Virus record (IMG/VR): IMGVR_UViG_3300033156_000272
Location: 23,094 to 87,093 of that record
DNA from: a virus
Length of the DNA: 64,000 nt
Direction: 5' to 3' (one strand)
Shown here piece by piece: positions 1 to 9,781 of this stretch; the stretch's first letter is position 1, and the number at the start of each line of letters is the position of its first letter. The notes below the pieces were generated by a model, which did not search any database, was not told where the DNA came from, and worked only from the letters and a program-made list of their open reading frames with translations. The position numbers were made by a program, and so were the translations under genes.

Positions 1-24
1 ACATCATCCGATCCAATCGAATTC

Positions 25-894
25 GTGCAGATTGATGATTATAACGTTCAAGTTGTTAACTCAGCTCCGCAAGAACTCATACCTGGTTTCCGTGGAGTAT
101 TTGAAGGGCTCTCCGGGATGCACAAACAATTTATTCGTGTGAGAGAAACATACGAGAACGCCGATGGCTATATGGATCGTGTCTCGAGCGACGAAGAAAT
201 CATCACTGGTATCTTTGTGATCCCGAGTAAAGTAACTGCTCCCCAACCTGAAGGTGGTGTTGACAGTGATACCGAGTGGCTATATACCAAATGTCAGGTA
301 AAGAAAGACGACATAATATACCCTCTCGATTATTCCGAATCACGTGAAATGGTATCTTTCATTAATGGCAACTATGATGAAGGGGGAACTTCTGCATGGA
401 GTCATCCTGAAATGGCCTGTGATGGAGATGAATATACTACAGCGAGTATACTGTCTCCTGACGCACCTGGAAACTTCTGGTTAAAAATACTAACACCAGA
501 TACTTTTAATGTTGATGAAACGATTACCAAGGTTGAGATAGGTGCAAAGCATGTTGTTGCGGGAGCGAAGGCAAATGCTTCTCTGACACTGCTTATTGGT
601 TTACAACCAGGAAACTCATACGACTTTACTCCGGTATCACCAAATGTCGTCCCTGAATTTAAGTTTGTAGATGTTACACTAGATCCCATTGCTCCTGATG
701 TGTGGACATTCAAAGATATTGATAATATTAGTGTTGTATATGAAATTGTTCATCCATTACAGGTTGAAGTGTTATTGTATGAAGTATTTATTCGAGTGAC
801 TACTGTGCGCAATGGTTCAAAATATAAAGTTACAAGCGTTCACGATTATGGTGATATATTGCTGTGTGAAGTGGTGAAAATACATGCTGAGTGA
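25..894 (+). CDS. Putative head-closure/neck protein with an inserted beta-sandwich domain (start uncertain)
   Basis: Upstream of the sheath gene; the 'VKKDDII...' and 'GSKYKVTSVHDYG..LLCEV' halves resemble head-closure proteins and are split by a roughly 160-aa acidic insert. Confidence 0.45.
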   Translation: MQIDDYNVQVVNSAPQELIPGFRGVFEGLSGMHKQFIRVRETYENADGYMDRVSSDEEIITGIFVIPSKVTAPQPEGGVDSDTEWLYTKCQVKKDDIIYPLDYSESREMVSFINGNYDEGGTSAWSHPEMACDGDEYTTASILSPDAPGNFWLKILTPDTFNVDETITKVEIGAKHVVAGAKANASLTLLIGLQPGNSYDFTPVSPNVVPEFKFVDVTLDPIAPDVWTFKDIDNISVVYEIVHPLQVEVLLYEVFIRVTTVRNGSKYKVTSVHDYGDILLCEVVKIHAE

Positions 895-1915
895 TTCTCA
901 AAAGAAGTTCATATATCAGAACATGCCGAGTACAGCAGAATATCTAACAGAGAATGCTGTATATCCCACTGGTGATGATGCTATTGAAAATCATCCCCAT
1001 GGTTCGTCTTCCAATTATAGTTGTGTTGATGATGATTTCCCAGATGAGGGAGATACTTATATTTATCCTCCGGGTGTTGTTGGTGATTTTAGCAAAGATA
1101 TATACACTATTGGTAGTGGCTTTGGTAGTGGAGATATTACGAAGGTTACTGTATACTGTCGTGTGAGAAAGGATCAACATTCTGCAGGTGCTCATGCTAA
1201 TTTTGGTATTGATATTGATGGAAGTGAGTATACAATGGGATATTTCGTTCCAACGGGTGAGTGGATAACATATACAAAATCATGGACTGCTAATCCTCAT
1301 ACGGCATATGATTGGAACTGGAACGATATTGCTAAAATCAAACTTCTCGTGCAATTACAAACTCCTGATACTGGTAGGATGATGTGTACACAGCTATATA
1401 TGGTAATTACGCATACTGGGAAGAATATTTCCTTCCGGAAGAGATACGCAAACCAGTGGGAGCTTGAACACAATAACGATGAGGAAATAACATATCCTGT
1501 GATATTACTCAGATATAGTACTCAAGATGATGCAAAGAATCCACTCGACGAACGCAGGTGGACGGACGAAAACTCTGATGATACTGTTACAATAGGGTAT
1601 GGTGCTGAATCAAAATCGCGTCTAATAATTGATGTAGTCTCACCGATGGTTAGTGTTGTGGGGAGAACATTAGCAGCAACTCGTGTAACGGATATGATGG
1701 CTAATCTCATATGGAAGTGGCTTAAGCGCCATGTATCACGTACTGATATGTCCTGTAATGATGTGAGTGACATAGTAGATCTTGATAATCTCATGCCTGG
1801 TCAGAATATCTCCAGGAAGAGAATTATTGCATTCGTAGTTCATAATGTTATCACTGAAAAGATAACTACTGAACAGCTAACAGATGTAAACTACGAGGTG
1901 GAAATAGATGACTAA
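884..1915 (+). CDS. Putative tail terminator/neck protein with an inserted domain
   Basis: Lies before the sheath gene; C-terminal half 'YPVILLRY...RLIIDVVS...VSDIVDLD...RKRI' is terminator-like; the N-terminal insert resembles that of the previous ORF. Confidence 0.45.
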   Translation: MLSDSQKKFIYQNMPSTAEYLTENAVYPTGDDAIENHPHGSSSNYSCVDDDFPDEGDTYIYPPGVVGDFSKDIYTIGSGFGSGDITKVTVYCRVRKDQHSAGAHANFGIDIDGSEYTMGYFVPTGEWITYTKSWTANPHTAYDWNWNDIAKIKLLVQLQTPDTGRMMCTQLYMVITHTGKNISFRKRYANQWELEHNNDEEITYPVILLRYSTQDDAKNPLDERRWTDENSDDTVTIGYGAESKSRLIIDVVSPMVSVVGRTLAATRVTDMMANLIWKWLKRHVSRTDMSCNDVSDIVDLDNLMPGQNISRKRIIAFVVHNVITEKITTEQLTDVNYEVEIDD

Positions 1916-2354
1916 AAAGGAAGCAACTGCAAAAACAACCGTTCAGCTGTTTTCCGTAGGCAAAATCTTGCAGAGAGGTGATACTGCAATTGTCGAGGCA
2001 GATCTCCCAGAAATCAAGAAAGCTGCCGAAATAGGCTTAATTAAGCTCGCGGAAATAAAGGCTGAAAGGCCCAAGAAGGAATTTCCTAAGAAGGAATTTC
2101 CTAAGAAGGAAGTTACTAAGAAGGAAGTTACTAAGAAGGAAGCACCCGAGAAACTGGCTCCTGCAGAGGAAGAAACTCCTAAAGAGGAAGAAACTCCTGT
2201 AGAAGAGCCCCCAAAAGAAGAAGCTCCCGAAAGTAAGAAGAAATCTTCAGGCAAAAAGAGAGCGGAGTGCCCAACATGTGGGAAGAAATACTACGACCTC
2301 AGTAAACACAACTGCCCCAAAGTTGAAGAGTCTTCTGAAAAAGACAACAAGTAA
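1908..2354 (+). CDS. Lys/Glu/Pro-rich low-complexity protein with a C-terminal CxxC-H-C zinc finger
   Basis: PKKEF/TKKEV repeats; 'CPTCGKKYYDLSKHNC'; GAGGTGG RBS. Confidence 0.7.
   Translation: MTKKEATAKTTVQLFSVGKILQRGDTAIVEADLPEIKKAAEIGLIKLAEIKAERPKKEFPKKEFPKKEVTKKEVTKKEAPEKLAPAEEETPKEEETPVEEPPKEEAPESKKKSSGKKRAECPTCGKKYYDLSKHNCPKVEESSEKDNK
2070..2144 (+). repeat. 5 x 15-nt in-frame tandem repeat (units such as CCTAAGAAGGAATTT, ACTAAGAAGGAAGTT)
   Basis: Read directly; encodes PKKEF PKKEF PKKEV TKKEV TKKEA. Confidence 0.9.
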
Positions 2355-2369
2355 GAATAGGTGATATAA

Positions 2370-3626
2370 ATGCCCGTAGATCCAATAATAGTGGACACAA
2401 CTATATCAGCGCGACCTAGCGAGAGACGTACCTATGGTGCCATATTAGTCATGGGTTTCTCATCTACAGGAACCGCAACTACCAACACGGTGTATCAAGT
2501 CTCTACCGTTACAGAAGCTGCTGCTTTGTTTGGCAGTGCGAGTGATGTGTACAAGGGAATAGAAGCTGCTTTCGTACAGGGAGCAGTTGAAGTATATGCC
2601 GTGTATGTGACCCCGTTAAACAAAACCGACATTGCTGTGGCTGCTGGAAGCGTTCAGGCGCTCTCAGAAGACAATATCCACGATATCTCTATAGCTGCGT
2701 TTACCATCGAGTATACTGATGGCGTTCCGACAGACCCGGGCGCAAACAAAGCGATGGTAAACTTGCTGACTGGAGATATATATATAAATGGTGCTGTTGC
2801 AAGCGATGTCAGCATTGACTATGTTAACTGGGACACAGATGGAGATGCTGAGGGTTGGGTTGAAGACAGTACTGCAAATATTGTCATCATATCCGACGCG
2901 AACGTTACAGATGATACCAAAATAGGTGACTTTGGTGGCCTTGTCGATCTCTGTGACGCACAGCATCTTGTGACAGCTCTACCCTGTGGTAAAGCTGCTG
3001 TAGTTGCCGACTGTATTACTGCTGCCGCGCTGTTCCCATCTCGGAACGTAGTAGTCGTTGCACACAATTCCGACGACGAAATAGCAGGTTCTGTGGCTGG
3101 AGTAATAGCAACTACCCTCCCCTGGGATAAGCTCATGTGGAAGGCAGTTAGCATAACGCAGAGTACCGAATATCGCAAGTCAGAGATAGGCACACTTGAA
3201 GCTGGCGACGTAAATGTTCTCTTTACGAGAGACCTAATTCGTATGTCTGACGGACTTACTACAAGTGTATCGAGCTTGTATAAATTCATCGATGTTGCGA
3301 GAACACAGTACTACCTGGAAGAGGGATTCAAGGATCGTCTTGGCGACCTGATGACGGGTGCTAAAATACCATACGAACAACGCGGAATTGATACCGTAAA
3401 AACCGCACTACAGAATGTGTGTGAAACCGCAGTTGCGTCTGGTGCAATACGGCAACCAACCACAATTGCTGGCGTAATTACCAAAGGATACGCAGTACAG
3501 GTCCCCAAATTTGTTGATGTATCATCGGCAGATATAGCGAGTAGGACGCTCAATGACGTGTATGTAATGGTGCAATTGTCTGGCGCAATTCAGACGATAG
3601 TGATAAACCTCAACATACAGATATAG
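2370..3626 (+). CDS. Contractile tail sheath protein (DUF3383-like)
   Basis: C-terminal 'FIDVARTQYYL...KIPYEQRGI...ADIASRTLNDV...LSGAIQTIVI' matches DUF3383-type sheaths; GGTGA RBS. Confidence 0.9.
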   Translation: MPVDPIIVDTTISARPSERRTYGAILVMGFSSTGTATTNTVYQVSTVTEAAALFGSASDVYKGIEAAFVQGAVEVYAVYVTPLNKTDIAVAAGSVQALSEDNIHDISIAAFTIEYTDGVPTDPGANKAMVNLLTGDIYINGAVASDVSIDYVNWDTDGDAEGWVEDSTANIVIISDANVTDDTKIGDFGGLVDLCDAQHLVTALPCGKAAVVADCITAAALFPSRNVVVVAHNSDDEIAGSVAGVIATTLPWDKLMWKAVSITQSTEYRKSEIGTLEAGDVNVLFTRDLIRMSDGLTTSVSSLYKFIDVARTQYYLEEGFKDRLGDLMTGAKIPYEQRGIDTVKTALQNVCETAVASGAIRQPTTIAGVITKGYAVQVPKFVDVSSADIASRTLNDVYVMVQLSGAIQTIVINLNIQI

Positions 3627-3638
3627 GTGGTGTAAATA

Positions 3639-4070
3639 ATGCCTGAACCAGCTGTATACGATATAAGAAAGGCCACGCTTAAAATAAACGGCGTAATAAT
3701 CGAAGGCATCGGTGAAGATGGATATGGAATCACTCCATCGGGTGAAACCACCCTAATCACTGGTCTCTTCGGGGAAAACGGTTTCAATGTAGACCCCAGT
3801 ACCGGCGCTGAAGCAACGGTTAATCTGCAAAGTACAAGCCCATCAAATGAAATGTTGACCTTGCTAAAGAAGGTACAAGACGCTGGCACGCAGCAGCCAT
3901 TCACGTTCGAAATTATCGTTGATTACGAATTTGTCGAAGCGTTTGGCTTCAAGTCACAGATAATCAACTACTGTCTGATTGTCGGCTGGCCTGAGCACGA
4001 GTCATCCAAAGAGTCAAACCAGTATGAATGGAAATTCATAGGCTATGGCTACGAGAGACAGCCCATATAA
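3639..4070 (+). CDS. Tail tube protein (DUF3277-like)
   Basis: 'YD....L.ING..IEG.GED', 'VNLQSTSPSNEML', 'EWKF'; directly follows the sheath gene. Confidence 0.85.
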   Translation: MPEPAVYDIRKATLKINGVIIEGIGEDGYGITPSGETTLITGLFGENGFNVDPSTGAEATVNLQSTSPSNEMLTLLKKVQDAGTQQPFTFEIIVDYEFVEAFGFKSQIINYCLIVGWPEHESSKESNQYEWKFIGYGYERQPI

Positions 4071-4083
4071 GGAGGTAAACCGC

Positions 4084-4440
4084 ATGAGTGAGGAAAACCC
4101 GATCGAAAGTGCGAGCCTTGAAGAATTGTATGTCAGAGACGAGACAGTCGAAAAAGAACTCTTCGGAGTGAACTTCGAATTTCGGGAACTCAGTGGTGAA
4201 GACCTACTGAACCTAGTGTCTGGTTGTACACTTCCGGATGGAAGCGTTGACAAGGTCAAGTACGCAAAATCGCTCTTCAAGAGAGCCATCTTAAAACCGA
4301 AAGAACTCGATGTTGGCAGATTGAAGGCAACTGTCCTGACCCAGCTAATTCAGGAAACTGAAGCTGCCTGTGGTCTCGGTGGTGATGCAATAAAAAACTT
4401 CGCAACAAGGTCAGAGGATATCCAGCCCTTTACCGAGTAG
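4084..4440 (+). CDS. Tail assembly chaperone (lambda gpG analogue)
   Basis: Between tube and tape measure; GGAGGT RBS before ATG at 4084; slippery A-AAA-AAC at 4392-4398. Confidence 0.8.
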   Translation: MSEENPIESASLEELYVRDETVEKELFGVNFEFRELSGEDLLNLVSGCTLPDGSVDKVKYAKSLFKRAILKPKELDVGRLKATVLTQLIQETEAACGLGGDAIKNFATRSEDIQPFTE

Positions 4441-4607
4441 CGTATGAGTGGAAGATCCCACCATCGCAGGTGAAGAAATGGAAAATCTCTGACCTGATGG
4501 AGTGTCAAGCGTATCTTGAGCTAATCGACGAAGCTCACAAGAACGGAGGAGGCAAGAGTAGCCGGTCCAAAAGCGGCAAGAAACTCTGCCAGTATCACTT
4601 TAAATAA
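4084..4607 (+). CDS. Tail assembly chaperone, -1 frameshift product (gpGT analogue)
   Basis: The -1 frame is open from the slippery site to TAA at 4605-4607 and reads KLRNKVRGYPALYRVAYEWKIPPSQVKKWKISDLMECQAYLELIDE...HFK. Confidence 0.75.
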
Positions 4608-4620
4608 GTAGGTGAAAACG

Positions 4621-7600
4621 ATGCCGATTGATATTCCCCTTGGAAATGTAGTAACAAGTTTCACAACACATGGTGAATCAGCAGTAGTAGCTGGTGCTAT
4701 GGCTGTGGACAAAAATCTCAACCAAGTGAGGAATACAGGAGACAGCCTCCGCAACACTTTTCTATTTCTTTCTTTTGGAATGCTCGCCGCTGGCGGGATG
4801 ATGTCTCGTATGGGAAAGCGATTGACAAACCTTTCTGATACGATGAGAGATACATACGCACAAATTGAGTTTGGTTCCGTTGTTGTAGGAACTATGCTCG
4901 GCAATGTAGATGAATCCATGAAAGAAGTCATGGAAACAGCAATAAGGCTTGGTCGTGAGACCGAGCGTACAGCTCAAGACGCTGTTGATGCAATGCGTAG
5001 GCTTGCAATGGCGGGTTTCGACACTGCAGAGACTATGGGTTCAGTCGAAGCAGTTCTTAAATTAGCAACAATCGCAGAGGTTGATGCTGCAGCGGCAGCA
5101 GAATTGGCTGCTGGTGTTTTTCGTTCATTTGGATTTGAAGCACAAACTGCAGCTGATGCTGCTGCGGGAATGACAGAAGTGGTTAGTATGCTTGCGGCGG
5201 CTGCCTCAAGTAGTGCCGCAACTGCAGGGGAGCTGGCCGAAGCACTAAAGTTCGTTGGTGTAGTTGCGCAAGAAGTAGGATATACTGTCGAATCTGTACT
5301 ATCTGCATTGATGATTGGTGCAGATAACATGGTTAAGGCTGGAATAGCTGGTCGTGGATTGCGTATGTCCCTACTCAAACTATCTGGTCGAGTGGAAGCT
5401 ATGAATGAAAATACGCTCTCACTTAGTGAAGCAATGCGAAAGTACAATCTCGAACTTTCTGACGCACAAGGAAACCTAAAGCCCCTCCCTGATCTCGTTG
5501 ATGAATTCAGCGAAAAGCTCGGAGATCTTACCCAAACAGAGAAACTATGGATTCTACAGCAACTCACGACTGTTCGTGGGAGCACGCTATGGCTTGCGAT
5601 GATGCAGGAAGGGGGAGACGCACTACGCCAGAATGAGGCCATGTTGCAGATTAGTGCGGCCAGAGAAGCCATATCTACAAAGACCAGAGAAGATTCAATT
5701 ACAGTGCTTAAGAGATATAGAAGTAATATAGAGGATAGTGCGTCTGGTCTTCAGTGGCTAGTTAATGAGATGGGGTATACGGTGGAGGAAGCCAATACAA
5801 TCAATGATGCAGTATTTGCGCTGGCCGATAATCAGTCTCGATGGAATACTGCACTAGAAGAATCAAAAGAGCTTTCTGCAATAACCGCAGCTCGACTAGA
5901 AACCCTTGCGGGAACACAATTACTCCTCAAATCTAGTATGGATGCTCTCTGGGCTAGTCTAGCAGAAGGGGTTATCCCTGTCTTCACGACATTCAACCAG
6001 ATAGTACGAAGTCTTGCAGATTGGTTATCAACCCTCCCTGGCCCAATAAAGGCAATCATAGCACTTCTTGTACTAGCAACTGGAGTAATCCTTACAATAT
6101 TAGGCGCTATGTTCAAGTGGGCTGGTACTATATTTATGCTTAATGCCGCGATCGCTGCTCTTGACAAAAAAGAGATGAAGAATATTGGTATAATGGGTCT
6201 CTGGTGGTTAAGCATAAAGAATATCTCTGGTGCGTCAAGGGGACTTGCTAGAGATGTTTTCCTCAAGAGCAGGGTAGTAGAGGCCGATAATAAAACCATC
6301 GCCTCTCATGTTACTCTCCTTTCTGCTGAAGCAGCTCAATACAATATAACAAGTGGCGCAGTAATGACAGAAGCGGTCATTATACACGAAAGTACTGGAG
6401 CAAAAATCAAACACAAACTCGCCACAATAGGACAGACAATCACCCTCAAGCTCAATACAATCGCCCTCAAAATAAGCACTGCAGTAACGGTATTTCACAC
6501 CAAGATTCTTCGCATGGCCACTACAGGAGAGGCTCTTCATGCTTCTGCAATTCTTTCGAAGACGGGTGCACTCCGAGGACAAATTCTTGTTCTCAAAATA
6601 TCAATTAGTGCAACAATAAGTCGTACTCTCGCAACAATAAAAGACACCATTGCAACAAAGCTATCTGCTGCTGCAGAATGGATTAGGACACACTCACTAC
6701 TAGCCGCAATAGCAACTACGGCCATGCTCACTGCAAAGATACTGTTCAATACAATTGCACTGGGGGCAAATCTAGCACTTATAGGGATGCATACTGCGGC
6801 CACTATTACATGGGCAGCTGCTAAGTGGGTGGCTACTGCTGCAACTGGCGTTCTCACTACTGCAATGTGGGCACTCAATGCTGCGATGTATGCAAACCCA
6901 CTGGTATGGATAATTGCTGGAATCGCCGGTCTGATTGCAATAATATACCTCCTAATCACCAATCTAGACAAGGTGGTTGAAGTCTTTAGTAAACTAGCAT
7001 CACTCATAGGGGGATTCTTTAAGTCCGTACTCGACGGAATAGTATCTTCAATCAGTTTTCTCGTTGGACTCTTTCAGTCACTTAGAGATATAATAGAAGA
7101 CACTCTCGGAACCTTCTGGGATATGGCTAGTGGGGTTGGAGCGCTTCTCGGCAATTCAATCATTCCCGATTATGTTGAACATGGTGTGGGTGAGATAGGC
7201 GATAGCTTTAAAAAGATGGAAGGTATGGCAACTAACTTCACGCAGAACGTTACAGCAGCTGTTGGGCCATCAGTTATTGAATCGCCAATTACTAATCCAC
7301 CAGTTATTGAACCACCAATTACTAATCTACCAATTACTAATCCACCAATTACTAATCTACCAATTACTAATCCACCAGTTATTGAACCACCAATTATTGA
7401 ACCACCAATTATTGAATCACCAATTATCAATCCACTGGCTATCGAGACATCACCAGTTATTGAACCACCAGTTAATGAATCATCGTCACTTTCTCGGGGT
7501 ATTGGCAACATATCACCAACACCGCCAGTAGAGCGCACAACATCTGTCAATGTTGGCTCGTCGATAGGTAGCGTTACCGTTGGCAGTGCAGAAGATTTGG

Positions 7601-7686
7601 ATAAGGTTGAAGAAATGATGAAACGTAGAGACGCAGAATTGATGAGAGAGATATCATTCAAGCTCAACAAGCAGAGAGGATTCTAA
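4621..7686 (+). CDS. Tape measure protein (TP901-type core)
   Basis: About 1020 aa, Ala-rich helical; 'AVDAMRRLAMAGF...VLKLA', 'ELAEALKFVG', 'MYANPLVWIIAGIAGLIA'; AGGTGA RBS before ATG at 4621. Confidence 0.92.
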   Translation: MPIDIPLGNVVTSFTTHGESAVVAGAMAVDKNLNQVRNTGDSLRNTFLFLSFGMLAAGGMMSRMGKRLTNLSDTMRDTYAQIEFGSVVVGTMLGNVDESMKEVMETAIRLGRETERTAQDAVDAMRRLAMAGFDTAETMGSVEAVLKLATIAEVDAAAAAELAAGVFRSFGFEAQTAADAAAGMTEVVSMLAAAASSSAATAGELAEALKFVGVVAQEVGYTVESVLSALMIGADNMVKAGIAGRGLRMSLLKLSGRVEAMNENTLSLSEAMRKYNLELSDAQGNLKPLPDLVDEFSEKLGDLTQTEKLWILQQLTTVRGSTLWLAMMQEGGDALRQNEAMLQISAAREAISTKTREDSITVLKRYRSNIEDSASGLQWLVNEMGYTVEEANTINDAVFALADNQSRWNTALEESKELSAITAARLETLAGTQLLLKSSMDALWASLAEGVIPVFTTFNQIVRSLADWLSTLPGPIKAIIALLVLATGVILTILGAMFKWAGTIFMLNAAIAALDKKEMKNIGIMGLWWLSIKNISGASRGLARDVFLKSRVVEADNKTIASHVTLLSAEAAQYNITSGAVMTEAVIIHESTGAKIKHKLATIGQTITLKLNTIALKISTAVTVFHTKILRMATTGEALHASAILSKTGALRGQILVLKISISATISRTLATIKDTIATKLSAAAEWIRTHSLLAAIATTAMLTAKILFNTIALGANLALIGMHTAATITWAAAKWVATAATGVLTTAMWALNAAMYANPLVWIIAGIAGLIAIIYLLITNLDKVVEVFSKLASLIGGFFKSVLDGIVSSISFLVGLFQSLRDIIEDTLGTFWDMASGVGALLGNSIIPDYVEHGVGEIGDSFKKMEGMATNFTQNVTAAVGPSVIESPITNPPVIEPPITNLPITNPPITNLPITNPPVIEPPIIEPPIIESPIINPLAIETSPVIEPPVNESSSLSRGIGNISPTPPVERTTSVNVGSSIGSVTVGSAEDLDKVEEMMKRRDAELMREISFKLNKQRGF
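7267..7479 (+). repeat. About 14 x 15-nt imperfect in-frame repeat (PPVIE/PPITN/LPITN)
   Basis: Units such as CCACCAGTTATTGAA and CCACCAATTACTAAT read directly. Confidence 0.9.
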
Positions 7687-8303
7687 TGATAGCATCAGAT
7701 ATAGATATCAAACTCAATGGCAATTGGTACCGTAGGGTCAATTCAATAATCACATACAAGAATAAGAAGGTGGTTGACTTAACAAAGCATCTGGTTGTCG
7801 ATAAACAAGTTGTATTTGATGCTAAAGCAAAGGAACCACAGATACTCGAAATAATTTTTATTGTCGACTTTAAGAGAGCAGAAGATATTAGATTCTTCAA
7901 TGACTTGCTCATTTCCACTGAAAGCATTTATGTTTCTATTATCAATACTACAGATATAAAATTCAATAATATGGCAATAGAAAAAATGAAGGTTACACGA
8001 ATACCAAGTTCGATATATAGCAGGACAGTAAATGTAAAATTCGTGGAGATTAAAGTAGACGAACAACTAGAAGAATACCCAATAACAGAAGATGATACTC
8101 TCCTAGATGTAGTTGATCGCATTACTGATATTAATCTCGATACCGGGGAAGAATATGGCGTGACGAGCGCCGATATAGAATATAACTGGAGTGATGCATA
8201 TGAAATATATGGCCTTCCCATTGTGTATGATGATGATCCAAATACTACAGAGAATACTCCTAGCGAAGACATAGACTCGTGGGACCATATAACACTAGGG
8301 TAG
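7686..8303 (+). CDS. Dit-like/tube-initiator baseplate protein, copy A
   Basis: Follows the tape measure gene; 'NNMAIEKMKVTR...VKFVEIKV' motif. Confidence 0.6.
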   Translation: MIASDIDIKLNGNWYRRVNSIITYKNKKVVDLTKHLVVDKQVVFDAKAKEPQILEIIFIVDFKRAEDIRFFNDLLISTESIYVSIINTTDIKFNNMAIEKMKVTRIPSSIYSRTVNVKFVEIKVDEQLEEYPITEDDTLLDVVDRITDINLDTGEEYGVTSADIEYNWSDAYEIYGLPIVYDDDPNTTENTPSEDIDSWDHITLG

Positions 8304-8308
8304 ATATA

Positions 8309-8620
8309 ATGAAAGTGAGAAGGTTTACGATCAAGCGTCAAGGCCTGCCAATGATGGAACACCTTAAGATAGACGAGGCATCCTACAAAATCAGAGTGTG
8401 GTGGAACGAGGGCTATGTTCTAAGCATGATGCGGATGATTAGTAGAGAGGTCGTAATATCTACACGAATATCTGGCCAAGGATTTCATACCGCGCGTAAT
8501 AGTAATGAACAGGTGTTATTTGGGCTATATGTGTCTTCATACTCAGAAGAACAATTCACTCTGGTATTAGTATGCAACCAAACAGAGTACAACGAACTGA
8601 GGGGGTTGGTACATGACTAA
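8309..8620 (+). CDS. Small baseplate (plug-like) protein, copy A
   Basis: 'YKIRVWWNEGYVL'; position in the baseplate module. Confidence 0.5.
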   Translation: MKVRRFTIKRQGLPMMEHLKIDEASYKIRVWWNEGYVLSMMRMISREVVISTRISGQGFHTARNSNEQVLFGLYVSSYSEEQFTLVLVCNQTEYNELRGLVHD

Positions 8621-9458
8621 TATTACATATGAGCAATGGATATCTCACCTAGACGAGGCAACTAATACAGGTGCATACGATGTCGTTCAGAAAACTCCCC
8701 CTCCTCCCTTCCTGGATACAGCTACTATAACACTCGGCATCGGAAATAAGATATATGAGGGCATTCGTTCAATTAGTGGTCTTGAATTCACTCTATCCGC
8801 AGATCTAAGTAAGTATCAAGTAGAAGGAAAGGATGTTGTATTTGACTCTAGCGAAATGGAACCAATAGATATTACTATTAATTTTATATTAGATATTAGA
8901 CAAATAGATATGAGACGCCTGCTGCAAACTTTAGAATCAGCACATGATAACCTATACTTATGCACTCTTGTTACATTTGAATTATATGTTTCTAACTTAG
9001 GGATTAAGAACCTTGAAATAACGAGAGTTCCAGGTGCAGTATACACAAGAATGATAAAGCTCCAACTCGAAGAGATTAAAATAGAGGAGTTGTCTGGAGA
9101 GGCTGCTCTCACGGATGATGAATTAACGAACATTACTAGTGAACTCAGGCAGATATCTCTAGATTCAAAACCAAAGAGTGTAACTATAAAACCCGAGGCA
9201 GCGACGATATATGGTGTCACAATTGGGCCTTCTACCGAATCTCTTCGTCAATTAGAACAGACAATGGATGATTATTATAATATTCAACAAGTCATCTCGC
9301 AGCTAGATTATGCACACCCATATCAGGCAACTGGTTGGGTAGCACCCGAACTTCCCGCATATGATACTAACGACATGACAGAGGAGCAATTCACCGAAAT
9401 GAGACTGTGGGCGGAAGAACTGGTTCCTCATATTATACCGGGAGAGTATGAAGAGTGA
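8613..9458 (+). CDS. Dit-like/tube-initiator baseplate protein, copy B
   Basis: 'SKYQVEG...EPIDITI...SNLGIKNLEITR...LQLEEIKI'; paralogous to 7686-8303. Confidence 0.6.
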   Translation: MTNITYEQWISHLDEATNTGAYDVVQKTPPPPFLDTATITLGIGNKIYEGIRSISGLEFTLSADLSKYQVEGKDVVFDSSEMEPIDITINFILDIRQIDMRRLLQTLESAHDNLYLCTLVTFELYVSNLGIKNLEITRVPGAVYTRMIKLQLEEIKIEELSGEAALTDDELTNITSELRQISLDSKPKSVTIKPEAATIYGVTIGPSTESLRQLEQTMDDYYNIQQVISQLDYAHPYQATGWVAPELPAYDTNDMTEEQFTEMRLWAEELVPHIIPGEYEE

Positions 9459-9781
9459 GAACTGTTGAAATAGAATATTCAGAATTGCCCGTCTATCGGT
9501 ACATTACAGTAGGAAAAGAGAAGTTCTATTTTCGTATGTGGTGGAACGAGGGATATGTAATACATTGTTTCAGAATGCAGGGTCCTGAAGTGGTACTTTC
9601 TTCCAGACTCACTCCCGCAAGCATTCACACATGCAGGAACTCTTATCAGCAATTCCTATTTGCACTTGCTATTGTGGATTATACAGAAAAATCAATAGTC
9701 ATTGCAATTATACAGAATCTATATGATCTAACAGAATTTATAGACCCGGAGGATCCAATATTTGACCCTATACGCGAATAA
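9455..9781 (+). CDS. Small baseplate (plug-like) protein, copy B
   Basis: 'FYFRMWWNEGYVI'; paralogous to 8309-8620. Confidence 0.5.
   Translation: MRTVEIEYSELPVYRYITVGKEKFYFRMWWNEGYVIHCFRMQGPEVVLSSRLTPASIHTCRNSYQQFLFALAIVDYTEKSIVIAIIQNLYDLTEFIDPEDPIFDPIRE

Noticed and set aside
7262-7531. Overlapping HQLL-repeat ORF
   Set aside because: It is an alternative-frame reading of the tape measure 15-nt repeat.
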